The notes beneath the pieces were generated by a model. It ran no database searches and was not told where the DNA came from. It worked only from the letters and a program-made list of their open reading frames with translations. A stretch of DNA of 51,984 bases. Origin: a bacterium (GTDB lineage Bacteria; Patescibacteriota; Minisyncoccia; Phycocordibacterales; Phycocordibacteraceae). Position 1 is the first letter of the stretch. Each line of letters opens with the position of its first letter. A program made the translations under genes and the position numbers. Location of the stretch: positions 1-51,984 of the forward strand of contig JAJYHK010000016.1 of the NCBI GenBank assembly GCA_021784815.1. The letters run 5' to 3'. This document shows positions 46,070 through 51,984 of this stretch, in pieces.

Positions 46070-49000
46070 ATGCAAACGGTAACTAACAAAGCGGTCGCTA
46101 AGATCGCTGCGGTGGCGACCGGTCTTGCGATGGTCGCGTCTATCGGCTTCGCTCCTATGGCGAACGCCGCGACGCTCACCAGCTCGCAGATCCAGTCGAT
46201 CCTCTCGATGCTCTCCGCCTTCGGCGCGAACAGCTCGACGATCGCCAACGTCCAGGCTGCTCTCACAGGCCAGCCGACGACGGGCGGCACCACCACGGGC
46301 GGCTCTACTTCGGGCACGACGTCCGCATCCTGCACCTTCACGCGCAGTCTCACAACTGGCGACTCGGGCGCGGATGTGACCTGCCTCCAGAAGGCGCTCA
46401 TTGCTAACGGCTACGCTATCCCGGCCATCACGGCAGGTACGGCGAGCTACGGCTACTTCGGTGGCCAGACCAAGAAGGCGGTGATCGCCTGGCAGAAGGC
46501 GGCTGGCGTCTCTCCGGCGTTCGGCTACTTCGGTCCCATCTCGCGCGCGCACTGGAACCTCGGCGGTGGCTCGACCACCGGCACGGGAACCGGTACGGGC
46601 ACGGGTAGCGGCACAGGCACGACGACGGGTGCTGGCCTCTCGGTCTCGCTCTCAGCGACCAGCCCGAGCAACTCGGTTCTCGTCGCTGGTCAGGCTATTG
46701 GTGATCTCGCGGACTTCACGTTCACGAACTCCAGCGCCTCGCCGGTCAGCGTGACGGGCCTCACGTTTAACCGCATCGGTGTCAGCAATGACTCCACGAT
46801 GACGAACGTGTACCTCTACAACAACGGTACGCGCATTGCCGACTCGGCGGGCGTGAGCAACGGCCAGTTCTCCTGGAACAACACCTCGGGCCTCTTCACG
46901 GTTCCGGCAAACGGCTCCTACACGGTGTCGGTTCGCTCGGATATCTCGTCGGCAACGGGTACTGCTGGCCAGCAGATTGGCGTGAGCCTCGTCTCCGTCG
47001 CGACCAGCGGCACGCTTGCTTCGAATGTGAGCTTCCCGATTATGGGCGGCTACCAGACGATTTCGTCGGCTACGCTCGCTACGGTCAGCTATGGTGGCAA
47101 CACCACGCCTGGCGCAACGACGATCAGCCCACAGAATGACTACCCGGTTTGGCAGAACACGATCTCGGTTTCCACCAACCCGGTGAAGCTGACCTCGATC
47201 ATGTTCACCAACCTGGGCTCGATTGACGGGCAGTACCTCACCAATCTTCGCCTCTATGTGGACGGCGTACAGGTTGGCTCGGCGGTGCCGTCGATGTCGA
47301 ACAGCCGCACGGTCACCTTCGACCTTTCGGCGAATCCGGTGCTGCTGTCGACGCAGAGCCATGTCGTGAAGGTTCTCGCTAACATCACGGGCGGCGCGGA
47401 TCGTACAGTGCAGTTTTCGGTGCAGCGCGCGTCTGACGCAATGTTCGTGGACAGCCAGCTCAACCAGCCGGTTACGCCTGAATACAACGGCGGAACCTTC
47501 AAGATGGTCAGCTCTGGTGTTATCACGATGAACTCGGTTTCGGGTACGAGCGGTGTGTCGGTTTCTATCGACCCAGCTTCACCGAACCAGAACATCGCGG
47601 TCGGTGCTACGAACGTAGACATGGCGAACTTCGACATGCTCGCCTCGGGCGAGAATGTGAAGGTCAGCGACCTCTACGTTTACGCATCTACAACGGCTAG
47701 CGGCGGTCTTCAGAACGGCAAGATCATGGTCAATGGTGTCCAGGTAGGCTCTACCAAGAACATTGGTAGCAGCGTATCGGGCGACACTGACTTCTCGCTC
47801 GGTTCCTCACTCATCCTTCCGGCTGGGCAGACCACGGTTGTAAGTGTCTACGCGGATGCAAAGGATACGAGCGGTGGCAATCTTGCCAACAACTCGACCG
47901 TTCGCATTTGGTTGGCTGCGGGCAGCAGCAATGCCCAGGGTCAGTCGTCGCTTAATACGACGAATGTCCCGGGTTCTGCTACAAGCGGCAATCTGCTCAC
48001 GGTAACCAACTCATCGCTCCTGGCGACGAAGTACACCGGTTACGGTAATCAGTCAGTTGTTCCGGGTGCGCAGAATGCGAAGATTGGTTCCTTCACGCTC
48101 TCGGCAGGTTCTACGGAAGGGGTGACGGTCAACACGATCGGCATCACTATCCCGAATCATTCGGGAGACCTCACGAACCTTACGCTCAAGAACGACGCGA
48201 CGGGTGCGTTGCTTGGCACCGTCATCACGACGCCGTCCTCGAGCAACTCGTTTGCGGTGAACCTCGACATCCCGGCTTCGCAATCGGTGACAGTTGATGT
48301 CTATGCAAACGTACTCTCGAATGCCACTAACGGTGACCAGATCACGGCAGAAGTCGATACGACGACGACGGGTTCTGGAGACGTAACCGGCACTCAGGCT
48401 ACGATTGGGTCGGCAGTTTCGCTCCAGACCATGACGGTCGGTGCGGGTAGCCTTACGGTTACCACGGGCGCGAATAATCCAGTGAGCACGAACTATGTCG
48501 CTGGGTCGACGATGGATCCGGTCGGCGAGTTCAACTTCGCGGCCCAGAACTCGTCGTACACGGTGCAGAACCTCGCGGTCCTCGTCCCGAACAATGCGGC
48601 GACGTCGGTCACGAGCGTGACGCTCCAGTACACGGATGTGAATGGCGCAACGCAGACGGTCTCGCAGCCGCTCCAGGTTGTTGCGGGCGACAAGTACGCA
48701 ACAGCAACCTTCTCGGGTCTCACGATGTACGTCCCGGCCAACGACTCGTCTAACGTAGACGTCTTCGTCGGTATCCCGACGATCGCTTCGGGGGCAACCT
48801 CGGGTACGCCGATTAGTGTGACGCTTGACAGTGGTGTGTCTGACACGTACTTCCGTGCAGTCAACAGCGCTGGTAACCAGCTCACCTCGATTAGCGGCAA
48901 CGTTGCGGCTGGCAGTTCGTTCTACGTCCGCAAGTCCATCCCAACCTTCGCGGTCGTACCGACGAACCTCACGGTTCCGGCTTCCGGCTCTCCGCTCTAC

Positions 49001-49477
49001 AAGTTCAGCATCACTGCTGACCCTGCCGGCGCGGTTGAGTGGACGCAGTTGACCTTCAACGTCTCGGCTTCGGGCATGAAGGGTGTCTCGGGTCTCTACC
49101 TCACTGATGATTCGACGGGCAACAGCCTCCTCGACTCGACGGTTGGTACGACGACAAGCGGCACGGCGGTGATTAACCTCCTCAACAACAACCCTGCAAC
49201 GCATCCGCAGTACCAGCAGGTTGCCGCAGGTGCAACCAAGACTTACGATCTCTATGGAAACGTAAGTGGCTTCACCACGGGTTCGACGCTCACGATCAGC
49301 CTCGCGTCTGATTCGACGGCGTCGAGCACGAACAATACTGCGGCAGCCATGGCTGCAAGTAACAACGTTGTCTGGTCTGACCGCTCGGCGAATAATCACT
49401 CGATTACGACCCACGACTGGACCAACGGCTATCTCCTCAAGAACTTCAGCAGCTCGGCAGTCAGCTACTCCAAGTAG
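46070..49477 (+). CDS. Large secreted Ser/Thr-rich S-layer-like protein with a peptidoglycan-binding domain
   Basis: Signal peptide; CTFTRSL...GADVTCLQ...GYFGGQT; repeated beta-sandwich-like units. Confidence 0.88.
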   Translation: MQTVTNKAVAKIAAVATGLAMVASIGFAPMANAATLTSSQIQSILSMLSAFGANSSTIANVQAALTGQPTTGGTTTGGSTSGTTSASCTFTRSLTTGDSGADVTCLQKALIANGYAIPAITAGTASYGYFGGQTKKAVIAWQKAAGVSPAFGYFGPISRAHWNLGGGSTTGTGTGTGTGSGTGTTTGAGLSVSLSATSPSNSVLVAGQAIGDLADFTFTNSSASPVSVTGLTFNRIGVSNDSTMTNVYLYNNGTRIADSAGVSNGQFSWNNTSGLFTVPANGSYTVSVRSDISSATGTAGQQIGVSLVSVATSGTLASNVSFPIMGGYQTISSATLATVSYGGNTTPGATTISPQNDYPVWQNTISVSTNPVKLTSIMFTNLGSIDGQYLTNLRLYVDGVQVGSAVPSMSNSRTVTFDLSANPVLLSTQSHVVKVLANITGGADRTVQFSVQRASDAMFVDSQLNQPVTPEYNGGTFKMVSSGVITMNSVSGTSGVSVSIDPASPNQNIAVGATNVDMANFDMLASGENVKVSDLYVYASTTASGGLQNGKIMVNGVQVGSTKNIGSSVSGDTDFSLGSSLILPAGQTTVVSVYADAKDTSGGNLANNSTVRIWLAAGSSNAQGQSSLNTTNVPGSATSGNLLTVTNSSLLATKYTGYGNQSVVPGAQNAKIGSFTLSAGSTEGVTVNTIGITIPNHSGDLTNLTLKNDATGALLGTVITTPSSSNSFAVNLDIPASQSVTVDVYANVLSNATNGDQITAEVDTTTTGSGDVTGTQATIGSAVSLQTMTVGAGSLTVTTGANNPVSTNYVAGSTMDPVGEFNFAAQNSSYTVQNLAVLVPNNAATSVTSVTLQYTDVNGATQTVSQPLQVVAGDKYATATFSGLTMYVPANDSSNVDVFVGIPTIASGATSGTPISVTLDSGVSDTYFRAVNSAGNQLTSISGNVAAGSSFYVRKSIPTFAVVPTNLTVPASGSPLYKFSITADPAGAVEWTQLTFNVSASGMKGVSGLYLTDDSTGNSLLDSTVGTTTSGTAVINLLNNNPATHPQYQQVAAGATKTYDLYGNVSGFTTGSTLTISLASDSTASSTNNTAAAMAASNNVVWSDRSANNHSITTHDWTNGYLLKNFSSSAVSYSK

Positions 49478-49537
49478 TCTGATTCTCAGCTAGCGAATTC
49501 CTGAGCGATAGCTCCAGCTAGGGGATTGGCCCTAGCA

Positions 49538-49567
49538 GCAAAACCGCCTCGAAAGAGGCGGTTTTGC
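49538..49567 (+). terminator. Intrinsic terminator after the S-layer-like gene
   Basis: GCAAAACCGCCTC-GAAA-GAGGCGGTTTTGC; a second 16-bp hairpin follows at 49579-49615. Confidence 0.85.
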
Positions 49568-49666
49568 GTTTTCTTGGTAAGCCCCGCAGGCCGGTTACAC
49601 CGGCCTGCGGGGCTTTATGTACAGGGTCTCGCCCTCGCTCTCGACCGGTGGTATGCTCAGGGCGAC

Positions 49667-50413
49667 ATGGAAACACTTAAGAAAACAGGCGTTTGGGTGA
49701 GGGGTCTCGTGGTGCTCGCGGCGCTCGCCGCTCTTGCGGCGTGGATCCTCTTCGGGAGCGGGTCGCGGGTTGCGGCGTACCCGATAAACCCGCGCGACCA
49801 TATTGCCTCGTGGACCTTCAAGGGCACGTATACCGGCTATCCGACCTTCGTCGCTAAAGCGAATGCCGATCTTGCGAAGCTGCGCGTCGACATGCGAGAA
49901 AAGAAGTACGACAACTACGACCTCTACATCGGCATGGGAGAGGACTACGATCTCTTGGGCAATGGCCGCGCGGCCTACAACGCGTACAACCACGCAATCG
50001 ATCTCTACCCGAACCAGGGACTCGCGTACACCGACCTGGCGGCACTCATGAGCCAGCTCGGCGCGCGCTATACGGCCGCCGATGCGTATGCGCGCGCCGA
50101 GGCGGTCCAGCCTTCGGTACTGACCTACCATGTAGAGCAGCTCGACTTCCTTACGAACTACTTCGCCACCGACACGCCGCGCGTCAGCGCCGCGTTCGAG
50201 GATGCGAGCAAGCAGTTCGGCGACATTTCGCAGGTGCTCCAGATCGAAGCGCCATGGCTCGCGAGCCTCGGCGAGTACGGCAACGCGATTCAGGCGTACC
50301 AGCGCGCGATCTTGCTCTCGCCGGGTCGCCACGTCTCTGGCATGCAGCGTGCCATTACGCAGCTGAAGGCCAAAGAGGCACAGCAGGCAGCGGCCTCATC
50401 GACCAAAGCATGA
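49667..50413 (+). CDS. Membrane-anchored TPR-like protein
   Basis: N-terminal TM segment; AYNHAIDLYP and AIQAYQRAILLSP TPR patterns. Confidence 0.8.
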   Translation: METLKKTGVWVRGLVVLAALAALAAWILFGSGSRVAAYPINPRDHIASWTFKGTYTGYPTFVAKANADLAKLRVDMREKKYDNYDLYIGMGEDYDLLGNGRAAYNAYNHAIDLYPNQGLAYTDLAALMSQLGARYTAADAYARAEAVQPSVLTYHVEQLDFLTNYFATDTPRVSAAFEDASKQFGDISQVLQIEAPWLASLGEYGNAIQAYQRAILLSPGRHVSGMQRAITQLKAKEAQQAAASSTKA

Positions 50414-51984
50414 CGATACTCAAGCGCATCTTCCCGTGGCTCCTGTTGGCGCCGGTCTTGCTCCCGTTTGCCGTCTTTAATGGCGTCATCTACCCCTACC
50501 TCGTACCCAAGACGCTCTCGTTCTATGCGGTGAGCTTGGCGACGGCAGCGGTATTCCTTGCGCTCGTGACCGGCGGCAAAGCGTTCTACTGGGCGCGCCT
50601 TAAGAAGAAAGAGATGTGGATTCCGGCGGCGCTCCTCGCGGTCGCGTACGTCACGAGCTCGCTCGGGCTCGGGTTCTACCACTCCTTCTGGAGCATCTTC
50701 GATCGCGGCGACGGGCTCCTTATGCTCACCTGCGTGGTTGCTGACTTCTATATGCTGCTCGTCTATGCGGACACGGCATTCTTCAAGAAGATGCTGCGCG
50801 CGGTCGCCGTCGTGGCCTCGCTGGTCGCGCTGTACGGCATTGGCGAGTGGCTCGTGACCGGCGGGCGCATCGGCAGTTTGCTTGGGAACGCCGCGTTCTT
50901 TGCCGGGTACCTCGGCATCGCGCTCTTCGCGACCTTGGCCGCCGCGCGCGGTCTCTCGCAGGGCTGGCGCCGTGCGGCGTACATGGGTGCCGCGCTTCAG
51001 GTGGTGGCGATCGTGCTCACCGCGACGCGCGGCACCATGCTCGCGCTCCTCGTCGCCTTCCTGCTCGTGCTCGTGCATGAGGCAGTGGGTGGTGTAGGGA
51101 AGCGTCGCGCATGGTCGGCCGGTATCCTCGCGGGGCTTGTTGTGGCAGGTGGGCTCTTCTTCGCGCTGCGCACTGAGCTCGCCAAGGTGCCGTTTACGCC
51201 GGTGCAGCGCGTCGCTACGGCATCGTTCTCGTCGCCGGATATCGCGAGCCGCCTGTTTATCTGGAACCACATGCTCGGCGAGATTGCGAAGCGACCACTC
51301 GTCGGCGTGGGTGCCGAGCATATCGACTATCTGTTCAATAAATTTTACAACCCCTCGCAGATCCAGGAGCAGTGGTTCGATCGCTCGCACAACGCCTTCC
51401 TCGACTATGCGGCGCAGTACGGCATCTTCGGATTCCTGCTCTACGTGCTCCTCATCGGCTCGTTCTTTGTGGCGGCGCGCCGCTTCTCGAAGCGGCGCGA
51501 TCGTTGGACCGCGTCGGCGCTTATCCTCCTTGCCACGGTGTATGCGGTGCAAAACTTCTTCGTCTTCGATACGATTACTTCCTTCTGGCTCTTGCTCGCA
51601 CTCCTCGCGGTGGCGCTTGGCGCATCGCTCGAGCATGAGCAGGCGAGCGCGCTCGCGTTCCCCGTCTGGGTGCGCGGGGTAAGTTGGGCAGTCGGCCTCG
51701 GGCTCGTCGCGCTCATTGTCCCGGTCTCGATGCGGCCGGCCATTGCCGCCTACGACCTTGCCCATGCGTACGGCTACCAGCTCTCCGACGTGCAGAAGTC
51801 GATTGCGTACCTGAGTAACGGCTTCTCGCTCGGCACGTACGGCAACCTCGAGTATGGGTACGAAGCGTACGCGATGTACGCCGACGTACAGTCGAAGCAG
51901 CTCTCGGGCGACAAGCTCACCGCCGCCTACCAGGAAGCGGAGGGAATCCTGGCTCAGGAGTTCGCCCGTACGCCCTACGATGCG
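50410..51984 (+). CDS. O-antigen ligase / oligosaccharyltransferase family protein (3' partial)
   Basis: Translated by hand (absent from the ORF track because it runs off the end): SLLGNAAFFAGYL, LTATRG, SRLFIW, RPLVGVG and FDRSHNAFLD. Confidence 0.88.
   Translation, partial: MTILKRIFPWLLLAPVLLPFAVFNGVIYPYLVPKTLSFYAVSLATAAVFLALVTGGKAFYWARLKKKEMWIPAALLAVAYVTSSLGLGFYHSFWSIFDRGDGLLMLTCVVADFYMLLVYADTAFFKKMLRAVAVVASLVALYGIGEWLVTGGRIGSLLGNAAFFAGYLGIALFATLAAARGLSQGWRRAAYMGAALQVVAIVLTATRGTMLALLVAFLLVLVHEAVGGVGKRRAWSAGILAGLVVAGGLFFALRTELAKVPFTPVQRVATASFSSPDIASRLFIWNHMLGEIAKRPLVGVGAEHIDYLFNKFYNPSQIQEQWFDRSHNAFLDYAAQYGIFGFLLYVLLIGSFFVAARRFSKRRDRWTASALILLATVYAVQNFFVFDTITSFWLLLALLAVALGASLEHEQASALAFPVWVRGVSWAVGLGLVALIVPVSMRPAIAAYDLAHAYGYQLSDVQKSIAYLSNGFSLGTYGNLEYGYEAYAMYADVQSKQLSGDKLTAAYQEAEGILAQEFARTPYDA

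Noticed and set aside
1-51984. Alternative genetic code (UGA read as Gly)
   Set aside because: Conserved genes are full length under code 11, and several end at TGA at the expected positions (nusG, metG, ftsK)

Overview
A GC-rich chromosomal segment that looks like a Patescibacteria (CPR) genome of the Parcubacteria type. This assignment is inferred from the gene set: rplK with no rplA, type-2 IleRS, alpha2-type GlyRS, pilin and peptidoglycan-binding surface proteins. It uses standard code 11. Bases 1 to about 7750 form an accessory island: the 3' part of a type III restriction Res gene, an IS256-family transposase, an XRE HTH gene, and a five-gene minus-strand operon led by a ParB-methyltransferase fusion and a second methyltransferase. 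The island ends in tRNA-3'-end-like repeats and a probable recombinase remnant. The rest is mostly core genome: four tRNAs, an RluA-family gene, rplS, mscL, secE-nusG-rplK, a compact dTMP cluster (dCMP deaminase, thyX, tmk, dut, glyA), argS, ileS, recO, glyS, metG, tatD, rpsF-ssb-rpsR, efp, an ECF sigma factor, recA, ftsK, two large secreted peptidoglycan-binding proteins and an O-antigen-ligase-family gene. The most notable observations are five: (1) a four-helix-bundle/wHTH gene divergent from ftsK whose promoter, coding sequence and 3' flank carry about ten copies of a 9-bp motif that switches orientation; (2) a histidine-phosphatase domain inserted in an IleRS with a GIHH signature; (3) a roughly 310-nt structured leader with a boxA-like element before the S-layer-like gene; (4) widespread leaderless-type promoter architecture, with SD sites mainly on foreign-looking genes; (5) the ParB-MTase module. 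All protein calls come from motif recognition, not database searches.
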